The notes beneath the pieces were generated by a model that did not search any database, was not told the origin of the DNA, and was given only the letters and a program-made list of their open reading frames with translations. A stretch of 64,000 bases of DNA. Source: a bacterium. GTDB lineage: Bacteria; Hinthialibacterota; Hinthialibacteria; Hinthialibacterales; Hinthialibacteraceae. Every line of letters starts with the position of its first letter. The stretch's first letter is position 1. The translations under genes and the position numbers were made by a program. The DNA lies in NCBI GenBank assembly GCA_963662285.2, contig CAXXMV010000006.1, forward strand, positions 1,312,001 to 1,376,000, in the 5' to 3' direction. Of the stretch, positions 9,403 through 19,525 are shown piece by piece.

Positions 9403-11031
9403 ATGTCGGATAACGTATCTAAAAAACCAGAAGAACTCGCGCGAATCGATTATAACCTTCCAAAAAAGAATTGGATGGATCCCCATATCGATTTTGAAAA
9501 GAAGAAGGGCAACTGGTGCTATACCGCCGCTCCCAAGAACATTGAATATGTGGGATTGCCTAATCCACGGGAATGGTCTCCAACCGATGAGGATTGGCAG
9601 TTGCAAGACAATTGGAAAGAGATAATTTTCGAAGGCATCCGGGAAAGATTAGATAAGTACCGTTCATTAAGGCTATTCATGGATATCTGCGTAAGGTGCG
9701 GAGCCTGCGCTGATAAGTGCCATTTTTTTATCGGGTCTGGCGATCCCAAAAACATGCCGGTGCTGCGCGCCGAATTGTTCCGTTCCATTTACCGTAATGA
9801 TTTTACCCTGGCCGGAAAAATATTGGGCAGTTTAGCCGGAGGTAGAGAATTAACAGTCGATATAGTCAAAGAATGGTTTTACTATTTCTTCCAGTGTACT
9901 GAGTGTCGACGATGCTCGGTTTTTTGTCCTTACGGCATAGATACCGCAGAAATAACCATGCAGGTCAGGGAATTGCTCAGTCTGGTCGGCGTGGGCATCA
10001 ACTGGGTGATGGAGCCGGTGGCCAATTGTTATCGAACCGGCAATCATCTGGGAATACCTCCTCATGCGTTCAAAGATAATGTGGAATTCGCGGCAGACGA
10101 TTTGCATGATATAACGGGCGTAAAGGTCGATGCTCCAGTCGGCAAGAAAGGCGCTGAAATTTTGGTAATCGTGCCTTCAGCCGATTATTTCGGCAATCCC
10201 CATTATTTCACCTTCCTGGGTTATATGGCTTTATTCCACGAAATTGGTCTGGATTATACCTTCAGTGGATATTCATCCGATGGCGGCAATTTCGGTTTGT
10301 TCCATTCTAGAGAGATGCTCAAACGGCTTAACGCCAAAATATACGCAGAAGCGAAACGCCTGGGCGTTAAATGGATACTGGGTTGCGAGTGCGGACACAT
10401 GTGGCGCGTGATGCATCAGTATATGGATACCATGAATGGTCCAGCTGATTTTCTGGAAGAACCGGTTTCACCAATGACCGGAACCAGATTTGATAATGCC
10501 AAAACCACCAAGATGGTTCATATCTGCGAGTTCACTTCTGATCTGATCAAAAATAATAAAATAAAATTAGATCCCAGCCGAAACGATAAATGGAAGGTGA
10601 CCTTCCATGATTCATGCAACCCGGCGCGGGCTATGGGTTTAATAGAAGAGCCGCGTTATGTTTTGAATAATGTAGTTAATAATTTCCATGAAATGCCGGA
10701 CAATACTATCAAAGAGCAGACCTTCTGTTGCGGAGGCGGTTCAGGATTGGGCGCTGATGAGAATATGGAAATGCGCCTGCGGGGCGGCTTCCCCAGAGCC
10801 AATGCGGTGCAGTATGTAAAAGATAAGCACAAAGTAAATTTCCTCTCGTGCATCTGTGCAATTGATAAGGCTGTTCTACCGCCTCTTATGGATTATTGGG
10901 TTCCAGATATTACGGTCGGCGGCATTCATGAATTAGTGGGTAATGCCCTTATTATGGAGGGTGAGAATGAACGTACTATGGATTTACGGGGCGAACCATT
11001 CAAAACCGATGATGACCAAGGAGAAGCGTGA
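9403..11031 (+). CDS. dsrK: DsrK Fe-S / CCG-domain catalytic subunit
   Basis: CVRCGACADKCHFF, CTECRRCSVFCPYGID, ECGH, HDSCN, CCGGGSG. Confidence 0.97.
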   Translation: MSDNVSKKPEELARIDYNLPKKNWMDPHIDFEKKKGNWCYTAAPKNIEYVGLPNPREWSPTDEDWQLQDNWKEIIFEGIRERLDKYRSLRLFMDICVRCGACADKCHFFIGSGDPKNMPVLRAELFRSIYRNDFTLAGKILGSLAGGRELTVDIVKEWFYYFFQCTECRRCSVFCPYGIDTAEITMQVRELLSLVGVGINWVMEPVANCYRTGNHLGIPPHAFKDNVEFAADDLHDITGVKVDAPVGKKGAEILVIVPSADYFGNPHYFTFLGYMALFHEIGLDYTFSGYSSDGGNFGLFHSREMLKRLNAKIYAEAKRLGVKWILGCECGHMWRVMHQYMDTMNGPADFLEEPVSPMTGTRFDNAKTTKMVHICEFTSDLIKNNKIKLDPSRNDKWKVTFHDSCNPARAMGLIEEPRYVLNNVVNNFHEMPDNTIKEQTFCCGGGSGLGADENMEMRLRGGFPRANAVQYVKDKHKVNFLSCICAIDKAVLPPLMDYWVPDITVGGIHELVGNALIMEGENERTMDLRGEPFKTDDDQGEA

Positions 11032-11411
11032 TCATGTATGATAAGAACAAAATCATCCCTGGCATCATTGTATTTTTATTATTATTTACGTTTCCCGTCT
11101 GGTATAACGCGGCTTTCGGAAGCGATAGCAAGGTTCCTGATCCTCAGATTGTTACTAAAGAAAAAAACTGCGTTGAATCCAGGGAATATATGCGGACCCA
11201 ACATATGGATTTATTGAACCAATGGAGAGACGCTGTCGTGCGCTACGATATGCGGATGTATAAAACCGCTGATGGTAAAAAAGTTGAAATAAGCCTGACA
11301 AATACGTGTCTCAAATGTCATTCCAATAAAACTCAGTTTTGTGATTCATGTCATGATTATTTGGCGGTAAAACCATATTGTTGGGATTGTCATATTGCGC
11401 CCATGGAGTAA
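11028..11411 (+). CDS. dsrJ: DsrJ periplasmic triheme cytochrome c
   Basis: N-terminal TM segment, MRTQHMDLLNQWRD, three CXXCH (CLKCH, CDSCH, CWDCH); GTGA overlap with dsrK (ATG at 11034 also possible). Confidence 0.95.
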   Translation: MIMYDKNKIIPGIIVFLLLFTFPVWYNAAFGSDSKVPDPQIVTKEKNCVESREYMRTQHMDLLNQWRDAVVRYDMRMYKTADGKKVEISLTNTCLKCHSNKTQFCDSCHDYLAVKPYCWDCHIAPME

Positions 11412-11416
11412 AAGAG

Positions 11417-12229
11417 ATGGCTTTGGATAGAAGAAAATTTTTTAAAATCGCCGGATTATCCAGTTTAGTGGGTTTGATGGGTAAGCAGTCATTTCCTGTG
11501 GGAGGGGAATCGGAATCCAAATATTCCCATGGAGATGAACAGTTGCATGGTGAACGATGGGCCATGGTGATAGATTTAAAGAAATGTAAAAATGGTAAAG
11601 GCTGTGATCAGGATTGCAAAAAAGCCTGCCATGTATCACATAATGTCCCCAGTATTGATGAACCCAAACATGAAATCAAATGGATTTGGTTGGAAGAATA
11701 TGATAAAGCTTTTCCAACTCAAGAAAATGAATTCATCAACCAGGAATTATTGCATTCGAGAACCCCAGTATTATGCAATCATTGCGCTAATCCGCCTTGC
11801 GTCAAAGTGTGCCCGACGCAGGCAACCTGGAAGCGTGAAGATGGAATTGTCATGATGGATTGGCATCGGTGCATTGGATGCCGCTATTGCGTCGCCGCAT
11901 GTCCGTATGGATCAAGAAGTTTCAATTGGTTTGATCCGGTCGAGCGAAATGAAAATGGTAATATTGAAAAAGAGCAGAAGTATTTGAAGACCGTAAATCC
12001 AGTTTTCCCGACGCGCTCCAAAGGCGTGGTGGAGAAATGTACTTTCTGTGATGAGAGATTAGCTAGAGGTCAACAACCTGCCTGTGTGGAAGCCTGCAAG
12101 GAAGGCGCGATGATTTTTGGCGATTTAGAAGAACCAGAGTCGGAAATCAGAAAGATTCTGAATAATCGATTCAGCATTAGAAGAAAACCCGGTTTGGGAA
12201 CGCAACCACAAATCTATTATCTAATATAA
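11417..12229 (+). CDS. dsrO: DsrO periplasmic ferredoxin-like subunit
   Basis: Start moved to ATG 11417, giving Tat motif DRRKFFK; CNHCANPPCVKVCP, CIGCRYCVAACPY, KCTFC. Confidence 0.95.
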   Translation: MALDRRKFFKIAGLSSLVGLMGKQSFPVGGESESKYSHGDEQLHGERWAMVIDLKKCKNGKGCDQDCKKACHVSHNVPSIDEPKHEIKWIWLEEYDKAFPTQENEFINQELLHSRTPVLCNHCANPPCVKVCPTQATWKREDGIVMMDWHRCIGCRYCVAACPYGSRSFNWFDPVERNENGNIEKEQKYLKTVNPVFPTRSKGVVEKCTFCDERLARGQQPACVEACKEGAMIFGDLEEPESEIRKILNNRFSIRRKPGLGTQPQIYYLI

Positions 12230-12232
12230 GGT

Positions 12233-13390
12233 GTGAAGATGTTTGAATACGCTTTGAGAGGCAACCGGCAGTATTGGGTATGGCTGGCTATTTTGGGCGG
12301 CATTATCGGGGTTGGCGTTGTGTGCTATCTCATCCAGTTCACCCAGGGTTTGGGAATTACTGGGATGAGCCGTGATGTAACCTGGGGTTTTTATATCGCT
12401 CAGTTTACATTTCTGGTCGGCGTCGCGGCATCAGCGGTGATGGTGGTATTGCCCTGTTATCTGCATAATTACAAAGCGTTTGGCAAGATCGCCATACTGG
12501 GCGAGTTCATCGCTATTGCTTCAGTAACCATGTGCATCCTGTTTATAATGGTCGATCTGGGGCAGCCCATGCGCGGCGTGAATATCATATTGCATCCTTC
12601 ACCCCGATCATTGATGTTCTGGGATATGATTATTTTGAATGGTTATCTATTTATTAATCTTATCATATCCTGGTTTACGCTGGAATCAGAAAGACGGTCC
12701 GTCGCTCCGCCTAAATGGATCAAACCGGTGATATATCTTTCAATACCCTGGGCGGTCAGCATCCATACGGTTACAGCGTTTCTTTATAGTGGACTCACAG
12801 CCCGGCCCTTCTGGATGACAGCTGTTCTGGCGCCAAGATTTCTTGCTTCGGCATTCGCAGCCGGCCCGGCTTTATTGATAATCCTATGTCTCATTCTTCG
12901 GAAATTGACAAAATTTGATCCGGGAAAAGAACCGATTCAAACTCTGGCCAAAATCGTGGCCTATGCCATGGCTGTAAACCTTTTCCTGGTATTGATGGAA
13001 GTCTTTACCGCTTTTTATAGCGCCATGCCGGAACATACAGTGCACTTCAAATATTTATTCGGTGGTATTGCAGGCGCCAGCGCTTTAACCTTATGGATGT
13101 GGTTCTCCGTAATGATAGGATCGATTTCCCTGGTATTATTGATCTATCCCAAGACGCGCATTGATGAGACCGTTCTCAGCATAGCATGCGTGGGAGTTTT
13201 TATTTCCTTGTGGATCGATAAAGGTTTAGCGATGGTGGTTGCCGGATTCATTCCTTCGCCTACCGGAGTATTTACCGAATATGCTCCAACTTTACCGGAA
13301 TTATTAATTTCTTTAGGGATTTATGCCATAGGAATGAGTATAATAACTGTATTATATAAAATCGCGCTTACGGTTAGGAAAGAGATATAA
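12233..13390 (+). CDS. dsrP: DsrP NrfD/PsrC-family membrane subunit
   Basis: TGMSRDVTWGFYIAQFTFLVGVAASA, SIPWAVSIHTVTAF, APRFLASAF; about 10 TM helices. Confidence 0.96.
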   Translation: MKMFEYALRGNRQYWVWLAILGGIIGVGVVCYLIQFTQGLGITGMSRDVTWGFYIAQFTFLVGVAASAVMVVLPCYLHNYKAFGKIAILGEFIAIASVTMCILFIMVDLGQPMRGVNIILHPSPRSLMFWDMIILNGYLFINLIISWFTLESERRSVAPPKWIKPVIYLSIPWAVSIHTVTAFLYSGLTARPFWMTAVLAPRFLASAFAAGPALLIILCLILRKLTKFDPGKEPIQTLAKIVAYAMAVNLFLVLMEVFTAFYSAMPEHTVHFKYLFGGIAGASALTLWMWFSVMIGSISLVLLIYPKTRIDETVLSIACVGVFISLWIDKGLAMVVAGFIPSPTGVFTEYAPTLPELLISLGIYAIGMSIITVLYKIALTVRKEI

Positions 13391-13453
13391 AACGGTTTTC
13401 GGAGTAGAGTTTTTTTTTGAGTAAAAACTTTTGAAAGGAAAAGGTATTGACCT

Positions 13454-14278
13454 ATGTCCGTCGTTACCATTTCCTATGGTTCGAGTGATATAAGAGGACA
13501 CATCGCTGATGGCGTGGCCCAGTTATTAGGCTACAAATTAGTCGGTCGTGAAGTATTAAAAGAAGCCTCCAATCGTTTTAATGTGATGGAGTCAAAGTTA
13601 TCTCACGCAATTCATCATGGTCCCACTTTTTTCGGCATGTCCGATACTACCAGAAAAAAATATATTTCCTACATATTGGCAATCGCATCAGAATCATTAT
13701 TACAAAATGAAATTGTCTATCATGGGCCAGCGGGGCATATCATAGCGCAAGGGATTCCTCATATCTTAAAAGTACGCCTTGTTTCATCACCGGAATCAAG
13801 AATCGCCTATACCATGGATCACAATAACCTTTCCCGTGAACGTGCGGAGCAGGTTGTTGAAAAAGAGAATATCGACAGAAAAAAATGGGCGAGCATCGCT
13901 TTTGGTATTAATGATGACGATAAAGATATCTACGATCTATTAATCTGTGAATGTCAGATTGGAATGAAAAGAACTATTGAAACAATCGTCAATGCAGCAC
14001 GGGAAAAAAAATATAAACCGATGACGTACTCTATGCAATGCATCCGTAATAAGGAATTATCCTGCCGTATACAAGCATTGCTTATTGATATTAATCAAGA
14101 TATTAAAGTGCAATGTGAAAATGGTAGAGTAACACTTTCGGTCTGTCTTCGGGAGAGCGAAAAAAACAAAAAACAAAAAATCATACAAAAACGCCTGGAA
14201 ACGATTGATGATGTTGAGCATATCGAAATCAATATAATTGATGATATGTTTGATCGTGATGTTGGAATTATGAGATAA
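13454..14278 (+). CDS. Cytidylate kinase-like family protein with C-terminal BON-like domain
   Basis: VVTISYGS..IA..VAQLLGY..VGRE, VYHGPAGH, LKVRL, YDL.I pattern; degenerate P-loop. Confidence 0.75.
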   Translation: MSVVTISYGSSDIRGHIADGVAQLLGYKLVGREVLKEASNRFNVMESKLSHAIHHGPTFFGMSDTTRKKYISYILAIASESLLQNEIVYHGPAGHIIAQGIPHILKVRLVSSPESRIAYTMDHNNLSRERAEQVVEKENIDRKKWASIAFGINDDDKDIYDLLICECQIGMKRTIETIVNAAREKKYKPMTYSMQCIRNKELSCRIQALLIDINQDIKVQCENGRVTLSVCLRESEKNKKQKIIQKRLETIDDVEHIEINIIDDMFDRDVGIMR

Positions 14279-14350
14279 CACAAATCTGTATTATTTACCT
14301 CTTGCGTTTTTTCCAACCTGAATTTATCAAGAACGGAGAGGATATGAAAA

Positions 14351-14749
14351 ATGGACGGTCCATTAAAGATACTACTGCTGGATGATGAAATGATCGTTGG
14401 GAAACGGCTTGAACCAGCGCTTGCCAAGTGTGGCTATGATGTTGAGTTTTTCAGTAATCCCCTGATGGCGCTCGAACGGATTGAGCAAAAAGAATTCGAT
14501 ATTTTGGTAGCTGATATCTATATGGATGAAATGGATGGATTTCAGGTTATTGAAAAAGTACTGGGTAAATACCCCAATATCAAAATAATTGTTATAACTG
14601 GTTACGCCATGATGGAGATAGCGCGTGAAGCTATGGATAAGGGAGCATTTGATTTCATAGCCAAGCCATTTAAGCCGGATGATCTTAGAAAAATTATTGT
14701 AAAAGCAGCATGTGCTCTGGGATATAAAGCCGATGACGGGCAATCGTAA
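14351..14749 (+). CDS. Single-domain response regulator receiver
   Basis: LLLDDE, DILVAD (phosphoacceptor), ITGY, KPF; no output domain. Confidence 0.92.
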   Translation: MDGPLKILLLDDEMIVGKRLEPALAKCGYDVEFFSNPLMALERIEQKEFDILVADIYMDEMDGFQVIEKVLGKYPNIKIIVITGYAMMEIAREAMDKGAFDFIAKPFKPDDLRKIIVKAACALGYKADDGQS

Positions 14750-14820
14750 AGATATTATTGACGTATGAAATTAGTTAATAAAAAATATGGTTTATTTATT
14801 TCCTTGAGTATGGCAAGTCA

Positions 14821-15942
14821 ATGATAGAAGAAGAATCCACTAGTAAGGCGCTAAGTGAAAGACCACAATTCAGTATTCGAATGCAAATATATATCAGTAT
14901 GGCGCTATCAATTATTGTCATACTGAGTATTGCAATTATCCATTTTTTGATAATGCAAACTTTGGATACTTCTCATATAGATGGATGGGTTAAACTTTTG
15001 TGGCGCGTTCATTCGATTTTACTGATTATGCTTTTTATTGTAATACTATTTAATACTTATTTATTAAATAGAAGAATACTGGCGCCGATCAATCGCTTCG
15101 TCCATTACACTCATAGAATAGCGACTGGCGATTATTCTATGATTGTGCCGGCGCGGCCTTACCGTGATGAGTTTTCCGAATTAGCTATGGCCATCAATAT
15201 GATGATAAAAGAATTGGAATTTCGTCAGAAAATTCTGATTCAATCGCACAAACTACAAGCGATGGGTTCTCTGATTGCTGGAGTCGCGCACGAACTCAAT
15301 AATCCAATCAATAATATAATGTTAACTTCGAGTATGCTGAAAGAAGATTTCGGAACATTGTCTGATGCAGAACATCTGGAAATGATCGAAGATATTATCA
15401 ATGAAACTGATCGATCCAAAAGAATTATTTTTAATCTTTTGGATTTTGCCCGTGATAGAGAAAAGAAGGTTGAACCTCTTGATATGGGCAATATTGTTAA
15501 GGAAACATTAAAACTAGCCGCCAATCAAATATCATTAAAAGGCTTAAACATCGATCTATCGGTGATACCCGATCTTCCCACCGTGTTATGCGACCGGCAT
15601 CAAATGATACAAGTTTTTCTAAATGTGTTGATTAACGCGCTTGATGCAACTCCAAAAGGCGGTGGAATAAAAATTGATGTGGGAACTTCCAATACGGCAA
15701 AGTTTCTTACTGTTAAAATTACTGATTCCGGTCCAGGAATTCCTGAACATGTTATTCCTTCGATATTTGATCCATTTTTTACAACTAAATCAAAACAAGG
15801 CGGAACAGGATTGGGATTATCCGTCTGTCAGGGCATTTTATCTAAACTCAATGGTGATATCAGCGCTTACAGTGACCAGGATATCGGAACGACTTTTACT
15901 GTTGCATTGCCGCTAACCAAGAATGATTCAGTGGAAACTTAA
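14821..15942 (+). CDS. Membrane sensor histidine kinase (2 TM, HAMP, HisKA, HATPase)
   Basis: AHELNNP H-box, QVFLNVLINALDA N-box, DSGPGI, FDPFFTTK, GTGLGL. Confidence 0.93.
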   Translation: MIEEESTSKALSERPQFSIRMQIYISMALSIIVILSIAIIHFLIMQTLDTSHIDGWVKLLWRVHSILLIMLFIVILFNTYLLNRRILAPINRFVHYTHRIATGDYSMIVPARPYRDEFSELAMAINMMIKELEFRQKILIQSHKLQAMGSLIAGVAHELNNPINNIMLTSSMLKEDFGTLSDAEHLEMIEDIINETDRSKRIIFNLLDFARDREKKVEPLDMGNIVKETLKLAANQISLKGLNIDLSVIPDLPTVLCDRHQMIQVFLNVLINALDATPKGGGIKIDVGTSNTAKFLTVKITDSGPGIPEHVIPSIFDPFFTTKSKQGGTGLGLSVCQGILSKLNGDISAYSDQDIGTTFTVALPLTKNDSVET

Positions 15943-16015
15943 TCAGTAGAAAAAAGGAATATTGTCCTGATATTTTATGATGAATTGATAATAAGAGGTC
16001 AATGAGGATTTTAAT

Positions 16016-18229
16016 ATGCTAAATAGAATTTTTCCCTTTCTGATATGGTTTAATAATTATAATGGAGCTAAATTATGGAATGATTTTATCGCCGGGTTGA
16101 ATGTCGCGTTAGTGCTGGTTCCCCAGTCGATGGCCTATGCTCAGCTGGCTGGTTTGCCGGTCTATTATGGATTGTACGCCGCGTTTTTACCTCCTATGGT
16201 CGCCGCCCTGTTTGGCTCCAGCAACCAACTGGCGACCGGACCAGTCGCCATAGTATCATTGATGACGGCCACTGCTCTTGAACCATTGGCGGTGCAGGGC
16301 AGCGATGGATATGTGGCCTATGCGATATTGCTGGCTTTACTAGTGGGATTATTTCAGTTTACTCTGGGACTATTGCGGTTGGGGATTCTGGTTAACTTTT
16401 TATCTCATCCAGTTGTGATCGGATTTACAAATGCAGCGGCGATTATCATCGCAACTTCTCAACTATCCAAACTGTTCGGGGTGGACGTCGACAAAGGTCA
16501 TTATCATTACGAAACCGTAATTAGAATAATAAAAGCGGCTATTAATTATACTCATTGGCCGACTTTTTTTATGGCTGTTCTGGCCATCTCGATGATGGTG
16601 TTTCTTAGAAAATTATTACCTAAGATACCCAATGTATTGGCGGCGGTGGCGTTTACCACCTTTCTTTCCTGGTCGATGGGTTTCGAGAAATATGAAAGTG
16701 TCAATATAAATCAAATATCATCACCGGAAATAATTAATGCAATATCTAATTTTAATGAATCCATTGAAAAAGTTGATTTTTTTTCAAAACAAAGAGCGGA
16801 ATTATCACCAGTGATTCGAAAGGCTGAGAAAGAAAATGGCATCCATTCAACGGAAGTGATTAAACTACACCATGATGCATCATTGATAAACCTGAATATA
16901 TCCGAGTGGGGAGAGAAAGTTGAGTATTACCGTTTTGTTTTGAGGCATTATAATTTCGAATCTGGCATTGATAACAACGATAAAATAACTTTTTATATAT
17001 TAAATACCTTACCGGATAACTTGAAAAATGAAGGCAAACTATGGCGATTGAAGGTAAATAATCGTAAATTAGATGAGTCCGCACTGAAATTTATTTGCGG
17101 TGGAGCAGTAGTCGGCGTTATTCCTGAAGGGTTGCCTCAATTTAAAATCCCGAAAGTGGATTTTTCCATTTTTTTCCAATTGTTTCCCGTCGCCGTTATC
17201 ATATCACTTTTGGGTTTTATGGAAGCCATTTCCATAGCTAAAGCTATGGCGGCCAAAACCGGTCAAAGACTTGATCCTAATCAGGAATTAATTGGACAGG
17301 GATTGTCGAATATGATTGGATCGTTCGGCCAAAGTTATCCTGTTTCAGGATCGTTTTCCCGATCTGCGGTTAATATCCAATCTGGCGCAAAAACAGGATT
17401 ATCGAGCGTGTTTACCAGTTTTTTTGTTTTTATAGTTTTATTATTCTTTACGCCTTTTCTTTATCATCTTCCGCAGTCGGTGCTTGCATCAATCATCATA
17501 ATGGCAGTGATCAGGCTGATTGATATTCCCGGAATGGCGCGCGCCTGGCGCACCCAGAGATACGATGGAGCTATAGCAGGAATCAGTTTCGCCTGTACTC
17601 TTGGATTTGCGCCTCATCTGGGGAAGGGCATTATAATCGGCGTATTTCTTTCTCTGGCTGTCTTTTTCTACCGGCATATGCGCCCCAGCGTGGGTTTCCT
17701 CTCAAAACATCCTGATGGCAGTTTCAGGGATGTAAATCGATGGGGGCTTAATCAATGCCGCTATATTGCCGTAATTCGATTTAATGGATCGCTGTTTTTT
17801 GCAGACGCCAGTTATCTGGAAAATCGCGTGCTGGAAAAAATATCTTATATGCAAGACCTACGTCATGTTTTATTTGTGGGCAACGCCATAAATGAGATGG
17901 ATGCTTCCGGCGAAGATATGATTTCATCATTGTTTGATAAATTAAAAGTTGCCGGTTATGAAGTTTCTTTCAGTGGATTGAACGATGATATAATCGACAT
18001 CATGAGACGCACTCATTTATTAGATAAAATCGGTGATGATCATATGTTTCGCAACGTGAGAGATGCGTTGAAAGCAATCCATGCTAAAGCGCATTACGAA
18101 TCAATCGAAAAAGAGTGTCCATTACTAATAACCTGTTCAAACTATACAGTTGCCAGCACCGCAAACGGCAAAAGCACCTTTTTAGCCCGATTAATGCCTT
18201 CGATATCTCATGGTTCCAAGCAGAAATAA
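16016..18229 (+). CDS. sulP: SulP/SLC26 inorganic anion (probably sulfate) permease with STAS domain
   Basis: PQSMAYAQLAGLP.YYGLY, GSSNQLATGP, NQELIGQG, GSFSRSA, STAS (RFNGSLFF, MDASG). Confidence 0.92.
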   Translation: MLNRIFPFLIWFNNYNGAKLWNDFIAGLNVALVLVPQSMAYAQLAGLPVYYGLYAAFLPPMVAALFGSSNQLATGPVAIVSLMTATALEPLAVQGSDGYVAYAILLALLVGLFQFTLGLLRLGILVNFLSHPVVIGFTNAAAIIIATSQLSKLFGVDVDKGHYHYETVIRIIKAAINYTHWPTFFMAVLAISMMVFLRKLLPKIPNVLAAVAFTTFLSWSMGFEKYESVNINQISSPEIINAISNFNESIEKVDFFSKQRAELSPVIRKAEKENGIHSTEVIKLHHDASLINLNISEWGEKVEYYRFVLRHYNFESGIDNNDKITFYILNTLPDNLKNEGKLWRLKVNNRKLDESALKFICGGAVVGVIPEGLPQFKIPKVDFSIFFQLFPVAVIISLLGFMEAISIAKAMAAKTGQRLDPNQELIGQGLSNMIGSFGQSYPVSGSFSRSAVNIQSGAKTGLSSVFTSFFVFIVLLFFTPFLYHLPQSVLASIIIMAVIRLIDIPGMARAWRTQRYDGAIAGISFACTLGFAPHLGKGIIIGVFLSLAVFFYRHMRPSVGFLSKHPDGSFRDVNRWGLNQCRYIAVIRFNGSLFFADASYLENRVLEKISYMQDLRHVLFVGNAINEMDASGEDMISSLFDKLKVAGYEVSFSGLNDDIIDIMRRTHLLDKIGDDHMFRNVRDALKAIHAKAHYESIEKECPLLITCSNYTVASTANGKSTFLARLMPSISHGSKQK

Positions 18230-18243
18230 TATTGAGAACCACT

Positions 18244-19449
18244 TTAATCTTTAATCTTATTTCTTCGCCATTTATTCCGGGGTATGAGATAATACAACAG
18301 CGTCGCTCCGATTATCAATGTAATCATTGAAATAAAGATGCGATGCATCCAGCTGGTCGATGTATATGATGAGTTAGAAAGACCAGTATGTACGGGCGCG
18401 GCCAGGATGCCGTCTGCTAACTCAGCATGGCATTGAGCGCAGGTTGCCGCTAGATTATCTGGATGAACCGATGAGTTCGGATCAGCGCTTGGGAGGATAA
18501 AATGAGCGCCATGACAACTACTGCAATTGGCAACTTCCTTGGAACCATTCTGCAAAGCTAAACCATGATAACTATCAAAAAAAGTTTCAACTTTATAGTT
18601 GGATTTATTATGCTCGTTGGTCATTAATAGAGAACCATGGCAACGTCCACAGGAGTTTTCGGATACCTTAAAGAATGAGGCTGGAGATCTTTCATCTTCT
18701 ACTTTATATATTGCATGCTCCCCATGGCAGTCGGTGCAGACGGGAGCATTCTTATGTCCGGTCAGAGCCGATTTACCATGAATGCTCATCTTATATTGCT
18801 GCATCTCAGCAGGATGGCATTCGCCACAGGTATCAGCGATATTAAAAAAATTGGTCTTTGATTGTGGATTACGCAATGGCATGATTGAGTGATAATCATG
18901 ACAGTGGACGCATGATGGCGCTTGAGAGTTGCCACTGGCCAGGGCAATAGCATGGATGTTATCATTTTTTATGAGAGAGGTGGATTTATGACATTGAGCG
19001 CATTGCATACCGATTTTGAATTGATTGGTGAATGAGTTTTGATCTTTGGCAGAGAGTAATTGATGAGCATCGCCATGGCAGGCAATACAACTTGGACCTT
19101 TTTCAGTCGCATGAACAGTATTGGCAATCTCATTATATGTATTGTGACAATGATTGCATTCGACTTTTTCCAATTCAATTGGATGGGGTGATGTTACAAT
19201 ATCTGTATGACAAGCTATGCAATCGAATCCCTTGTGGGCTGAAGTCTTGAAGGAATGGTAGTCGATAAACATAGAAACCGATTGGCCGTTTACCTCACCC
19301 ATCAATTGTTTATCTGCATGGCACTCCATACAGGTTTCATTTTTAAAGGCGCCTGTATGCCCATTTTGGGGATACTGAGCAATGCAAAAGATGAATAACA
19401 GGCCGATTGTGAAAGAGGTTATCCTTCTAAAACGTATCATTCTTATCAT
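18244..19449 (-). CDS. Membrane-anchored multiheme cytochrome c (11 CXXCH)
   Basis: Eleven CXXCH counted, signal peptide and one C-terminal TM helix. Start uncertain (19449 or 19440 preferred over 19557, which would overlap the upstream ORF). Confidence 0.88.
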   Translation of the reverse strand: MIRMIRFRRITSFTIGLLFIFCIAQYPQNGHTGAFKNETCMECHADKQLMGEVNGQSVSMFIDYHSFKTSAHKGFDCIACHTDIVTSPHPIELEKVECNHCHNTYNEIANTVHATEKGPSCIACHGDAHQLLSAKDQNSFTNQFKIGMQCAQCHKSTSLIKNDNIHAIALASGNSQAPSCVHCHDYHSIMPLRNPQSKTNFFNIADTCGECHPAEMQQYKMSIHGKSALTGHKNAPVCTDCHGEHAIYKVEDERSPASFFKVSENSCGRCHGSLLMTNEHNKSNYKVETFFDSYHGLALQNGSKEVANCSSCHGAHFILPSADPNSSVHPDNLAATCAQCHAELADGILAAPVHTGLSNSSYTSTSWMHRIFISMITLIIGATLLYYLIPRNKWRRNKIKD

Positions 19450-19525
19450 GGGATATTGGGGCATTTCACAAAAAACATTATGAAGGAGAAAAAACTTGAT
19501 TGTTAAATCATCAAGTTTTTCTTGC

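Noticed and set aside
11378-11416. Longer N-terminus for DsrO given by the ORF track
   Set aside because: Overlaps dsrJ; ATG 11417 places the Tat motif at the expected position.
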